In this document: positions 17,261 through 26,981 of the stretch, piece after piece
Layout of the letters: the number at the start of each line of letters is the position of its first letter
Numbering within the stretch: the first letter of the stretch is position 1
Virus record (IMG/VR): IMGVR_UViG_3300049189_000041
Coordinates: 1-37,744 of that record
Source of the DNA: a virus
Lineage: Duplodnaviria > Caudoviricetes
DNA: 37,744 bases
Strand: one strand, 5' to 3'
Notes under the pieces: generated by a model
Told to the model about the DNA's origin: nothing
The model's database searches: none
Seen by the model: the letters and a program-made list of their open reading frames with translations, nothing else
Translations under genes and position numbers: made by a program

Positions 17261-17561
17261 GGAAAACAGAATCGGCTACGAAATAAGAGAGCCACGAGAA
17301 GGCGAGATGGACCCAGCGCCTACGCCCGTCATGCTCTACTCAATCGGCCTGAACGCCGACGAACTACTGACGAGCTACGCGGCGCTCAGAACCTATCTAA
17401 AAGTTCTCGCCAACCGCGAAAACGAAGACCTCGAACAGATTCAGAGCGCCGCGAAGCTGCTTATTTCGTTAAAGTCGCGCGCCGTCAGGGCGTCGAAAGA
17501 GGTTAGTCTAAGGGCAGTAAGAAATGACACGCTCATTGATTCCAGTGCAAATCCCGCATAG
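17250..17561 (+). CDS. Hypothetical protein
   Basis: Overlapping start; ends shortly before a terminator. Confidence 0.65.
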   Translation: MDIEENRIGYEIREPREGEMDPAPTPVMLYSIGLNADELLTSYAALRTYLKVLANRENEDLEQIQSAAKLLISLKSRAVRASKEVSLRAVRNDTLIDSSANPA

Positions 17562-17597
17562 AATCCATACACTGCTGATCGCGCAATGAACTCTCCT

Positions 17598-17630
17598 GGG
17601 CCGCTTTCCACGTGCGGCCCTCTTTTTTTT
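17598..17630 (+). terminator. Intrinsic terminator GGGCCGC-N9-GCGGCCC plus T tract
   Basis: Hairpin followed by TCTTTTTTTT. Confidence 0.8.
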
Positions 17631-17633
17631 GCC

Positions 17634-17662
17634 TTGACAATATGATACAGCTTCCCCACTAT
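17634..17662 (+). promoter_or_regulatory. Candidate promoter TTGACA-N17-CACTAT for the packaging operon
   Basis: Perfect -35 directly after the terminator; weak -10. Confidence 0.5.
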
Positions 17663-17670
17663 TAGCGCGA

Positions 17671-17997
17671 ATGGCGCGAAAGAACACACCAAAAACTGAA
17701 AACGGCTCTGATCTGGATCACTACGCTACAGAGCTTCCCTCCGATCCCGCCGCTCGGATTATCCCCGTGGACGAAAAAGGCCTTCGGGAAATGCTTTCCA
17801 AGCTGAGAGACGGCGAAAGATTCATTGCGGACCTTGCCGCTAAACTGGGGGTCAGCGCCCAGCATCTAGGCGAGGTACTGAAGGGTGATAAAGGCTTCGG
17901 TCCTAAGCTGCTCGGCGCGCTGGGAGTGGTCCGAACTTATCGGATGTTCGATATTGAAGTCATCATGGAGGATTCGACCGATGATCGAATCGCTTGA
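17671..17997 (+). CDS. XRE/Cro-like HTH protein
   Basis: IADLAAKLGVSAQHLGEVLKGDK..GPKLL.ALG. Confidence 0.75.
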   Translation: MARKNTPKTENGSDLDHYATELPSDPAARIIPVDEKGLREMLSKLRDGERFIADLAAKLGVSAQHLGEVLKGDKGFGPKLLGALGVVRTYRMFDIEVIMEDSTDDRIA

Positions 17998-18421
17998 GCG
18001 CGTAATCCCCGAAGAGTCCCGGCAAAAGCTGTTGCTGGCCGTGGCCTTCCCTTCCGCTCGCAAGGTAGGCATCAGAGCGGCAGCGGATGAGGCGGGGATG
18101 AACGTATCTGATGCCGTTCAACTTTTGAATGATCCAACGTTCATCGCCCAAATTCGCCAGATCACTTTCGCCGAAGCCTCGGCTGCGCTTCACGGTCGCG
18201 GTGTTCCCGATCTGGTCGCAATAGCCACGGAGTCGGAGGAGGACCGCAACAGACTGACGGCCTGGCGCGTAATCGCGCAGATCACGGGCGACCTCAAACA
18301 GAAGCATCAACACGAAGTAAGGATTACTTTTGAAGACCTCCGCAAGCGTCAGAGCGATGGCGATCTGGCGGGGCTTTTCGATATTCGATCAAAGGTAATC
18401 GAGGGCGAAATCGAGGAATGA
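17981..18421 (+). CDS. Putative terminase small subunit
   Basis: GGAGG RBS; HTH-like N-terminus; ATGA-coupled to terL. Confidence 0.65.
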   Translation: MIESLERVIPEESRQKLLLAVAFPSARKVGIRAAADEAGMNVSDAVQLLNDPTFIAQIRQITFAEASAALHGRGVPDLVAIATESEEDRNRLTAWRVIAQITGDLKQKHQHEVRITFEDLRKRQSDGDLAGLFDIRSKVIEGEIEE

Positions 18422-20337
18422 ACGCCACAAGCCCACAGCTCATCCCGTTCGACCGGATAAAAATGATCGTTGATCCCGCGCGGATCGAGCGAGAGTATCA
18501 GGCGTATCTCAAGGAGGGTGACGCCTATATTGACCGCCGATTCACTGATCTACGCGATTGGGACTTCCCTGTTTACTGCGCCGTCAATATTACGATCACT
18601 ACGAAGGATGGGCGCGCCGTTCCATTCCTGTTGAACAAGATCCAGCTCAGGCTTGTGGAAATAATCCTCGAAGAATTGACAGCCTTGCGCGCCGTCAGAA
18701 TCCTGATAGACAAGATCAGGCAAGGTGGCGTCTCGACCGTAATCCTGATTTTCTTCTATTGGTTGACATCCCTTCGTGAGAATCGAAACACTCTTGTAAT
18801 CACTCAAGACCTGGAATCGGTGACGAACTTTTCGAGCCGCATACGCGCGGCGATCGAGGAAGCCGACCCGCTTCTGACTCCGAATATCAAGAGCGAGCGC
18901 AACAATCTGATTCACTTCGCCAATCCCACGGCACGCGGCGGCAACAGGCGCGAACGCAAAGGCAAAGGCCTCGATTCAAAGATGATGTTTTTCACCTGTA
19001 AAAAGGTGAGCATCGGGCGCTCTTTCACGTTTCAATACGTCCATATTTCGGAGGCGGCTTTCTACCTCGACCAGAAGCCGAAGGTTAGCGTTAAGACCCT
19101 GCTCAGTTCCCTTGCCCATGCCGTTCCGCTCCTGCCTGGCTCGATCCTGATTATCGAAACCACTCCGAATGGCCTGAACGAAATAGCCGAAATGTGGGAC
19201 AAGGCCATCAAGAAACAAAACGAATTCCGTCCGGTCTTCTTCCCCGCTGTCGCGTCCGAAGAGTACCGCGCGCCGCTCCCGGAAGGCGCAGCCCTTGAAC
19301 TGTGCGAAGCCGAAGAGATGTCGGGTGTTCCAACCATGTACGGCAACGAGCTGGCCGAATCAAAGGTAATCAGGAAACAGCTAATCGAATGGTATCCAGA
19401 CCTTTATGAGAAATGGGGCGACAAGTGGCTTGAGCGCGAATTGCTCGCTCGGTTGAACTGGCGCCGCCAATACATCGCCGGACCCTGCCATGGAGACAAG
19501 GCGGTATTCCGCCGCGAATTTCCGCTTACGCCCCAGCAAGGCTTCGAGGCCACGGGCCGCAACTGCTTCGACCTGCGATCCGTCGCCTTGATGCGGAAGC
19601 TGGTCGAAGACGAAGGCATCCAGCCGCGGCGCTACAGTTACATCCACGATCCTGAAAATACCGATCCGTCATCGAAGTTCAAGGCCGACGATTACGGACC
19701 ACTGGCTGTATACGAACCCCCACAGTTGGGCGTTCAGTACGTATTATCAGCGGACCCCGCGCTCGGCAATCCTAATAGCGATCCGTCAGCCTTGCTCATT
19801 CTGGCAGTGTCGGAAGAGTCGCCGTATCTCCGTGAAGTGGCGTCGTACAACAAGATCACGAAGCCTGACGTATTCGCGGAGTTGACTTACTACCTCGGAA
19901 CGCTTTACGGAATCGCTCTTGTAGCGCCCGAGCGAAACGAGCGGGGCGGCTTTGTCGTCTGTCTGAAACTTCATAAAGAACTGAAATATGAGCGGCTTTA
20001 CTTCGAATTCAACGCCTACGACAAGAAGCCAGCGGAGGAGCCGGGGTTCGTCACGAAGGATTCAAACAAGGCGACGATTGTGGCCGGCCTGGATTATCGA
20101 ATCAGGGACGCGGAAATCCTACTCAGAACGCCGCTCTTGCTTGAACAACTCGAACATTTCGTTGAACTCGAAAACGGCGAACTCGGCGCGGAACCCGGAT
20201 ACAACGACGACCTGGCGATGTGCGCAATGATTGGCGTGAATGTCTCGCTGAAGGTTCACTATTACATACCGAAGCCTGCGCCGCCGCCCGGCTCGATAGG
20301 CGACCTGAAGAAGCGCGGAATTTTTAAGAGGAGATAG
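18418..20337 (+). CDS. terL: Terminase large subunit
   Basis: LNKIQ, KIRQGGVST, YVHISE, ETTPNG, REFP, SADPALG, DDLAM. Confidence 0.93.
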   Translation: MNATSPQLIPFDRIKMIVDPARIEREYQAYLKEGDAYIDRRFTDLRDWDFPVYCAVNITITTKDGRAVPFLLNKIQLRLVEIILEELTALRAVRILIDKIRQGGVSTVILIFFYWLTSLRENRNTLVITQDLESVTNFSSRIRAAIEEADPLLTPNIKSERNNLIHFANPTARGGNRRERKGKGLDSKMMFFTCKKVSIGRSFTFQYVHISEAAFYLDQKPKVSVKTLLSSLAHAVPLLPGSILIIETTPNGLNEIAEMWDKAIKKQNEFRPVFFPAVASEEYRAPLPEGAALELCEAEEMSGVPTMYGNELAESKVIRKQLIEWYPDLYEKWGDKWLERELLARLNWRRQYIAGPCHGDKAVFRREFPLTPQQGFEATGRNCFDLRSVALMRKLVEDEGIQPRRYSYIHDPENTDPSSKFKADDYGPLAVYEPPQLGVQYVLSADPALGNPNSDPSALLILAVSEESPYLREVASYNKITKPDVFAELTYYLGTLYGIALVAPERNERGGFVVCLKLHKELKYERLYFEFNAYDKKPAEEPGFVTKDSNKATIVAGLDYRIRDAEILLRTPLLLEQLEHFVELENGELGAEPGYNDDLAMCAMIGVNVSLKVHYYIPKPAPPPGSIGDLKKRGIFKRR

Positions 20338-20340
20338 ACG

Positions 20341-22293
20341 ATGCCGAGAAAGTATCGCCCGCCCGCCGCAAATACGAGCGACAGAATGCGCGTCAATCGC
20401 GCCTCGGCTGCTGTTGTCGAAGAGACCGGAGACGCCGAGAAAGACGGCCCGCTTTGGATGTCGCGCCTGATGAAAACGCTCCATATGCGCATGGAGTCGG
20501 ACAACGGAGACCGCCATTGGGCCGCGTATCGGAATTGGTTCAACGGGCGGCAGTGGCAATTCGAGGACACTGGGAAAAACTCCTGGGACCTCTACAGTGA
20601 CACGATCACGAGCGTCTACACGAATAATATTGTCCAAACCATCGCGTCGGCCTACATGCCCTTCCTCTTGAACGGCAAGATCGAATTCAAAGTGAAGCCG
20701 AAGCCGAACCGCCCCGGCGACGTGAACGCCGCCGAGATTCACACGTCGATGCTCAACTACGAGTGGGGCGAGCGGGAGATAACCGAACAGGTCAAAAAGG
20801 TGGTCGACGATGTTGTGGTGCTGGGCCACGGCATAGCCGAGACGGCCTACATCGTCGAAGTGGACGAAGCGCGCCGGAAAGCGTCCGGCAACATCGAGTA
20901 TCGAGACTATGTGAAGCGTGACGCTGCGATCGTTGAATGGGTAGACCCGCATGATTTCCTTCACGACCTGACCGGACGCGACGGGACGCCCCGGACGGGC
21001 CGTTGGGCCGCAAGGCGCACATGGATTCCGATTGCGAACGTCGTGGCCAACAAGCGCTATGATCCGAAGGTTACAAGGCTGATCGAAAGCGGCGCCGCGT
21101 CTCATAACCTGACCAGCCGCTCGGCCTATAGAAATGACGCGAGATTCAGCGCGGGCGGAATGTTCGGCAAGGATCTGGCCGTTCGGATTCCCGAAGAATC
21201 CTCAATCGCAATATGGGAGATATGGGACAAGGGCTACAGGCAAGTAATAACAATGGCCGAGGGTCTTCCCTACCCTCTCGACGTTGAGCCGTGGCGCTAT
21301 CCGTATCTCGACGGCGTACCGTTCGTGATGATCCAGTTCCTTCGAGCCGAAGGCCTGCTGTATCCAATCGGCGTTGCGCGCCAACTCAAAGACCCGCAGT
21401 TGCAAATGAACCGCGTTCGGACCCAGCAAATCCAGAACGCCCGCGCGCAAAAGAATATGTACGGGGCGACTCCCGGCGTAGCAAAAGAAGCCCTCGATGA
21501 TTTCGCTAATCTGCCGAATCTGAGCGTTATTCGAATGGAGCGGAACGGCGATCTGTTTGCAATAGATAATCCTTCCCTTAATCGGGATAACCTGATTTTA
21601 GAGCAGGCCATCGCGCAGGACGGACAGAAGGCGACCGGCGCTGATGCGATATTCCAGGGCGAAACGCCATCGGCGCGAACGCCCGCAGGGGTTGTGACGA
21701 CGCAAGTTAATGTGATGCGGTTAAAGGCCGACGATAAAATCTCGAACGTCGAGGCGGGCGTAAACGAGATCGCTCGCCAGGTCCTTCAGCATTTGAAGGC
21801 GAACCGAGTGCAATCCGACGTGATCGAGATCGTCGGCCTTCTCGGCTCTCAGTGGCGCGAGTACAGCCACGCCGAGATACAGGCCGAAACCGATGTCACG
21901 GTGAGCTACTTCTCCGCTCCGAAAACCAACCCCGACATCGAGCGACAGCAGAAAACGCAAGTCGCCCAAGTCGCGGCGCAGTTCGATCCACTCATGGCTC
22001 AACAGGGATCGCCCACGCGGATTAACTTCACAGAGCTGTTCGCGTGGCTTCTGAAATCCTTCCCTGACTATCAGGACGTGGGCCGCTTTTTTACCCCCGC
22101 GCTCGTCATCCAACCCGAACTACAGCAAACATCAGCGCCGGCAGGGGCAGGGGCGGGCCTCCCGCCCGCTCTCGCAGGTCAGCTCGCGCCGCAACAAATT
22201 CCAGGCCAGCCCGGCATCGATCAGCCGGGCGAAGGCTTTTCATCTGAGGATCTTTTGATGCAAATCCTCGGCGCTTCAAGTCAAATCCAATAA
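20341..22293 (+). CDS. Portal protein (podovirus type)
   Basis: Follows terL; 650 aa; Q/P-rich C-terminus. Confidence 0.85.
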   Translation: MPRKYRPPAANTSDRMRVNRASAAVVEETGDAEKDGPLWMSRLMKTLHMRMESDNGDRHWAAYRNWFNGRQWQFEDTGKNSWDLYSDTITSVYTNNIVQTIASAYMPFLLNGKIEFKVKPKPNRPGDVNAAEIHTSMLNYEWGEREITEQVKKVVDDVVVLGHGIAETAYIVEVDEARRKASGNIEYRDYVKRDAAIVEWVDPHDFLHDLTGRDGTPRTGRWAARRTWIPIANVVANKRYDPKVTRLIESGAASHNLTSRSAYRNDARFSAGGMFGKDLAVRIPEESSIAIWEIWDKGYRQVITMAEGLPYPLDVEPWRYPYLDGVPFVMIQFLRAEGLLYPIGVARQLKDPQLQMNRVRTQQIQNARAQKNMYGATPGVAKEALDDFANLPNLSVIRMERNGDLFAIDNPSLNRDNLILEQAIAQDGQKATGADAIFQGETPSARTPAGVVTTQVNVMRLKADDKISNVEAGVNEIARQVLQHLKANRVQSDVIEIVGLLGSQWREYSHAEIQAETDVTVSYFSAPKTNPDIERQQKTQVAQVAAQFDPLMAQQGSPTRINFTELFAWLLKSFPDYQDVGRFFTPALVIQPELQQTSAPAGAGAGLPPALAGQLAPQQIPGQPGIDQPGEGFSSEDLLMQILGASSQIQ

Positions 22294-22304
22294 CGAGGTA
22301 AACC

Positions 22305-22463
22305 ATGAAACTAAAACTCATTCTTTCAATGCTCCTTCCCTTGATGAACATGGCGGTAGCGACACTGCGAAATAAAGACGACAACTCCACGGGAGTGGAC
22401 GACATCGCCGCAAATCAAATCGAGGCCGCTATCAAGAGCCTTGAGGAATACACAAACAGCTAA
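22305..22463 (+). CDS. 52-aa protein with hydrophobic N-terminus and STGVDD motif
   Basis: Manually found; GAGGT RBS. Confidence 0.7.
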   Translation: MKLKLILSMLLPLMNMAVATLRNKDDNSTGVDDIAANQIEAAIKSLEEYTNS

Positions 22464-22545
22464 AGGCTTCGGGGTCGGCTGCGCGCGGGACTGTCAGGCA
22501 GTGGCCTTGCTGGCAGCCGGCGCTGCCAGCCCTGAAAGTGAACCT

Positions 22546-23007
22546 ATGCCGTTATTTGAGTTTCAATGCGAAAGCCATGGGCGATTCGAGATACTTCGCA
22601 ACAGTCTCCCAGAAGACGAACATCACGCCTGTCCGGTGTGCGACATTCCTGCGCCCTTCGCCTGGTCAAAGCCGGTAATGCGCCCGGACAGCCTTTGGGC
22701 CGGCCATGTCCTTGAAAACCACGGATATTTCACATCCGAATCTCAACTCAATAAAAGTATGAAGAAACGAAAACTTACGCGTGTCGGAGATCGCACGGAT
22801 GCCGATGGAATGAAGGCGATGGCGAACGCCGCGGCAAAAGCCCGTGATGAGAAATTCGCCGCCGAATCAAGGCAATTTCTCAGGGATAAGATGGGCGAGC
22901 GCGGTCTACTTGACGCCTTCGGGCAACTCAAACCGGAAGCCTCGAAACCCCTAACCGACACGCCCCTTATCTCAACCAACGACGAGAGACTTAAAGTAAA
23001 ACCTTAG
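22546..23007 (+). CDS. FmdB-family zinc-ribbon protein
   Basis: MPLFEFQCESHG.FE...CPVC; located between portal and scaffold. Confidence 0.8.
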   Translation: MPLFEFQCESHGRFEILRNSLPEDEHHACPVCDIPAPFAWSKPVMRPDSLWAGHVLENHGYFTSESQLNKSMKKRKLTRVGDRTDADGMKAMANAAAKARDEKFAAESRQFLRDKMGERGLLDAFGQLKPEASKPLTDTPLISTNDERLKVKP

Positions 23008-23025
23008 CTTTCCGCTCGTAACTAT

Positions 23026-23054
23026 TTGACACAAAACGGAAACAGGCTAATAAT
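23026..23054 (+). promoter_or_regulatory. Candidate promoter TTGACA-N17-AATAAT for head genes
   Basis: Consensus match in the intergenic gap. Confidence 0.55.
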
Positions 23055-23090
23055 CCGCGCGTCGGACTAGCGCGCAGTTTGGAGTAAACT

Positions 23091-24128
23091 ATGAAAGTAC
23101 AAGCGCCAGTTGGAAACGGAATAGGCGTACAAAAGTTTTCGATGAAGACGACCCCTGGGGGCGGACTTCAGTTCGACGGCAACGCCCAGACGCCATTGCA
23201 GCAAGCGGCAGCGCTCGCAGCTGAGCCGCCCGAGGTTCCCGCCGACACGCCCGAGCCTGCGCCCAAGTCTACACCGCCCGCAACGGCATTCTCTCGACTT
23301 TATCCAGGGGTGGACCCTTCAAAAGTCCAGATGGATCTGGACCCCAAGACGAACAAGATTCGATTCAAGCCGATTGAAGCGCCGGCTAATACTGCGCCCG
23401 ATCCGGTTACGGCGCCGACTCCACCGGCGCCTGTCGCGCCCTCCGAGCCCGATACTGTTGCGCAACTGAGAGCGGAGATTGCGGAGAACAATAAAATACA
23501 GAGCGCAATGCTCACGGCCTTGATGACCGGCAGGCCGCTTATGGAAGTGCTAAGCGGAGCGCCAGCAAAGCCCGCCGAGCCGGACTACAGCCGCTTTGAT
23601 CTTGAAGACGAGGAAGGGCGGGCGGCTTACGCGCAGGCAGTCAGAGCCGATGCGATTGCCGCCGCCAAGGCGGAACTCCAAGCGGAGATGCGCAATCATC
23701 TTCCCTCGATTCAGGATGCGCGCAAACATGGCGAGACCTTTGCGCTCCAGGCCAAGTACGGCGCCGAGCCTGACTTTCAACAGAAATCCGCGCTTGCTCA
23801 AAAGCTGGCCGGCAACAATCCGAATGTTTCAATTGAAGCGACCTACAACCTTATTTCGCAGATTCAGGCCGGACTGGGCGTAAATCCCGCGCCGCAGCCC
23901 GCCGTCAAACAACCTTCAAATCCGATCCTTACGCCCGCGCAGGCCGAGGAGAAAGCTCGCCAAGCCGCGCGCTATCAATCAACGAACGGAGGCCGAGTGA
24001 ACGGCGGGCCGTCGATGCCGCCGGGGCTGAATTTTAAACAGCAAAATGCCTGGGTCGCACAACAGTTGGCCCTCGGTCAAACCCCGGAGGAAATATGGGC
24101 CGCAAATGGCGTTCCAATAAGGAGATAA
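23091..24128 (+). CDS. Putative capsid scaffolding protein
   Basis: Pro/Ala-rich and helical; immediately upstream of the capsid gene. Confidence 0.7.
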   Translation: MKVQAPVGNGIGVQKFSMKTTPGGGLQFDGNAQTPLQQAAALAAEPPEVPADTPEPAPKSTPPATAFSRLYPGVDPSKVQMDLDPKTNKIRFKPIEAPANTAPDPVTAPTPPAPVAPSEPDTVAQLRAEIAENNKIQSAMLTALMTGRPLMEVLSGAPAKPAEPDYSRFDLEDEEGRAAYAQAVRADAIAAAKAELQAEMRNHLPSIQDARKHGETFALQAKYGAEPDFQQKSALAQKLAGNNPNVSIEATYNLISQIQAGLGVNPAPQPAVKQPSNPILTPAQAEEKARQAARYQSTNGGRVNGGPSMPPGLNFKQQNAWVAQQLALGQTPEEIWAANGVPIRR

Positions 24129-24129
24129 C

Positions 24130-25143
24130 ATGGCCTTAGACACCTCTTTCAATCGCGTAGTGGCAACGACATTGCCGCTCTACGCGCCGCGAGTCACGGA
24201 ATCCATAGTCGGCTCAATCGCCCTGCTATGGAAAATGGCAATGATGGACGGAGTAGAAACCCGGCCAGGTGGAACTCAGATCGTCGAGCCGACCATCCTA
24301 ACCACCAATACAAACGTCCACGCCTACACGGAATACCAGACGCTTGACACTGTCCTGCAATCCGATCCGAACGTGGCAAGCTATCTCTGGAAAATCATCG
24401 CCGGAACCGAAGGGCTTTCACTGCTGGAACAGGGCAAGAATTCCAACAGCGCGACGGCGCCCGTGGACCTGTGGGACGCGATCATCAATCGCCTGGCGCT
24501 CTCGATGAGAATCGAGGTCAACCGCGAGCTTTTCCTTGACGGAACGGGCGCAGGTGGCGCGGAGCTTACCGGGCTTGCGCTGGGGCTGGATTTCGCCGGA
24601 ACCAATAGTGTCTACGGCAACATTGACAGTTCAACCTTCACAAACTGGCGCAATCAAACGGAAGCCTCTCCGGGCAATGTCATAGGAACTCCCACGTTGT
24701 TGCCGCCCGCGATGCGCCGTCTGGCCAATTCATGCTCAAGCCAGAACGAATGGCCGACAATGTATATCACTTCGAAAGAAGTGCATGAGGCGTGGGAAGG
24801 AACGCTTGTATCGAATGAGCGTTATATCCGCGAGGCGTTCGACGAGGATATGGTTCGGAGCGGATTCCAGAATTACATCTTCAAGGGCGGTGTGGTTTGC
24901 TTTGACGATCACATATTCCCGCATACGACTTCGGCCTCCCCTTCAGCTACAGCCGGTCATGGATTCCTCGCGCTTAATCTCAAGTATCTCAAGTTCGTGA
25001 TGATGGAGAACTTCGATTTTGTGATGAGCGATCCGATCAGACCTTTCGATCAGATGGCCGACACGATCCAGATGATCCTTCACGCGAACGTCGTAATGAA
25101 TAACCGGCGCCGTCAGGGCCGGATGAATGTAGCGACAGCATAA
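24130..25143 (+). CDS. Major capsid protein
   Basis: 337 aa; GGTQIVEP, LFLDGTG..LTGL, YGNID, GFQNYIFKG, LNLKYL; AAGGAG RBS. Confidence 0.88.
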   Translation: MALDTSFNRVVATTLPLYAPRVTESIVGSIALLWKMAMMDGVETRPGGTQIVEPTILTTNTNVHAYTEYQTLDTVLQSDPNVASYLWKIIAGTEGLSLLEQGKNSNSATAPVDLWDAIINRLALSMRIEVNRELFLDGTGAGGAELTGLALGLDFAGTNSVYGNIDSSTFTNWRNQTEASPGNVIGTPTLLPPAMRRLANSCSSQNEWPTMYITSKEVHEAWEGTLVSNERYIREAFDEDMVRSGFQNYIFKGGVVCFDDHIFPHTTSASPSATAGHGFLALNLKYLKFVMMENFDFVMSDPIRPFDQMADTIQMILHANVVMNNRRRQGRMNVATA

Positions 25144-25154
25144 GGAGACTAACA

Positions 25155-25625
25155 ATGCTAGGAGTAAATCCAACTCAAACAGATACCGTTAGGCAGTTCC
25201 CTTTGGGGACCAGGGCCGCTGACCCGAGAACAACCGATTTCCCGCAGGGCGAACTCAAATACGTCAAAGCGGGGTCCGCAATCTCAGCGGGCAATGCAGT
25301 TGTCGTAAGCCTTGCTGACGCCGACGAGCCTTACGCCGTGGTTCCGTCCTCGGCGCTAAATCAAGTAATCGCCGGAATCGCCGTTACGGCAATCGCCTCC
25401 GGTTCCTTCGGATGGGTGACGGTTCGCGGCAGAGTGGCCTCCGCCTTGAAGACCGCGAGTACTGTGACAGCCGGTGACGCGCTATCCACGACGGCGACGG
25501 CGGGCGCGCTCGCTATCGCCAACTCAACGAGCGCGACGGCGCTAGCGGTCGGGACCGGAATCGGCGTTCAAGCTCTCGATTCCAGCGATTCAAACTCAAC
25601 GACTATCGAGGTGGTTTTAGCTTGA
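25155..25625 (+). CDS. Capsid decoration/cement protein
   Basis: Ala/Thr-rich; LKYVKAG, GIAVTAIASGSFGWV; follows the capsid gene. Confidence 0.75.
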   Translation: MLGVNPTQTDTVRQFPLGTRAADPRTTDFPQGELKYVKAGSAISAGNAVVVSLADADEPYAVVPSSALNQVIAGIAVTAIASGSFGWVTVRGRVASALKTASTVTAGDALSTTATAGALAIANSTSATALAVGTGIGVQALDSSDSNSTTIEVVLA

Positions 25626-26971
25626 TTCGACCTGAATACAATTTCATCAAGGACTCAACGGGAGTAATCCACGTCGGCGCAAGTTCGGGCCAGGAGCGTG
25701 ACATTTACGCCGACGCCGGATTGCCCGTGATCTGGATCGAAGCCGATCCCGATACGTGCGAAGCCTTGAAAGGTAACCTGGTGGGCCGCTATGCGAATCA
25801 GAAAGCCATCGGCTGCTTGATTACCGACAAGGACGACGAGTCGTATCAGTTCAACGTGTCCAATAACAGCGGCCAGTCAAGCTCGATCTTTCCGCTATGG
25901 CTTCATAAGGAAGTATGGCCGGACGTTCGATACAGCCGCGAAATAACGCTGAAGTCCAAAACGCTTCAGACGGCGCTTCAGGGTGAAGACCTGAGCGTTT
26001 ACAACACTCTCATTCTCGACATTCAGGGCGCGGAGCTGAAGGCGCTCGAAGGCGCGGGCGATGTTCTTAAACGCTTGAAATATATCCGCTGCGAGTCCTC
26101 GGACTTTCCTTTATACGACGGCGGAAGTTTGGATTACGAGCTGGACGATTTCCTGCTGAAACATGGCTTTCAGCGCGTCCAGACCTGGGAGGCGAAAGAG
26201 AGCGCGCCGGGGCGCGGGATATATGAAATTCTCTACCAGCGCGCCTCCACGATAAAGAACACCCGCATTCTCGATCCGGTGACGCGCAATGAAACGTGGG
26301 CCAGGGTGGGAGTTATCACGTCGGTTCCGCGCGTCGGCTTTCAGGTCCATGAGGCGATTATGCATGCGGCTTTCGGCGCAAAAGGCTGGCCCGTCGTTAG
26401 AGTCGGCGGCGCGTTTTGGGAACAGGGCATGCAGGGCGGGCTGAATATGATGGTCAAACTCGGCTGTGACTGGATTATCACGGTTGATTTCGACTCGATA
26501 TTTTCCCCGCTGGATGTCGAAGAAATGCTCGTCATGGCCGCTCGTTATCCTGAAGCGGACGCGATAGCCTCGTGGCAGCCGAAGCGCCAGGGCGCCGGTC
26601 AATCCCTTATAGGACTGAAGGACGCCGAAGGACAATTCATTCCCAATATCCCGCTGGATTACCTGCAAGGCGAAACGTCGCTCGTGCATCACACGGTCTT
26701 CGGCCTGACGCTCATCAAGTCGGCATCGCTTCTAAAAATGCCGAAGCCCTGGCTGCAATCATTCCCGAACGAACAAGGGGAGTGGGACACTGGAAAGATA
26801 GACGCGGACGGCTATTTCTGGGACAAGTGGGGCAAGACGGGGCTGACTATTTACACTGCGAACAATGTGAAAATAGGCCAGCTCGAAGAGTACGTCCGAT
26901 GGACCGGCCCAGGCTTCCAGGTGATAGACCAGCAGCTCAGCGAGTTCTACAAAAAAGGCAGACCGTTTTAA
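25622..26971 (+). CDS. FkbM-family methyltransferase fused to a GT-A-like glycosyltransferase domain
   Basis: N-terminal VIHVGA..GQE, WIEAD, SSSI, LDIQGAELKALEG; C-terminal WIITVDFD (DxD), FGLTLIK, MPKPW, DADGYFW. Confidence 0.85.
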   Translation: MIRPEYNFIKDSTGVIHVGASSGQERDIYADAGLPVIWIEADPDTCEALKGNLVGRYANQKAIGCLITDKDDESYQFNVSNNSGQSSSIFPLWLHKEVWPDVRYSREITLKSKTLQTALQGEDLSVYNTLILDIQGAELKALEGAGDVLKRLKYIRCESSDFPLYDGGSLDYELDDFLLKHGFQRVQTWEAKESAPGRGIYEILYQRASTIKNTRILDPVTRNETWARVGVITSVPRVGFQVHEAIMHAAFGAKGWPVVRVGGAFWEQGMQGGLNMMVKLGCDWIITVDFDSIFSPLDVEEMLVMAARYPEADAIASWQPKRQGAGQSLIGLKDAEGQFIPNIPLDYLQGETSLVHHTVFGLTLIKSASLLKMPKPWLQSFPNEQGEWDTGKIDADGYFWDKWGKTGLTIYTANNVKIGQLEEYVRWTGPGFQVIDQQLSEFYKKGRPF

Positions 26972-26981
26972 AGGAGATTTT

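Noticed and set aside
20119-21105. 328-aa antisense ORF, and similar ones at 2858-3544, 29941-30795 and 36492-37253
   Set aside because: Antisense shadows of well-supported genes in GC-rich DNA.
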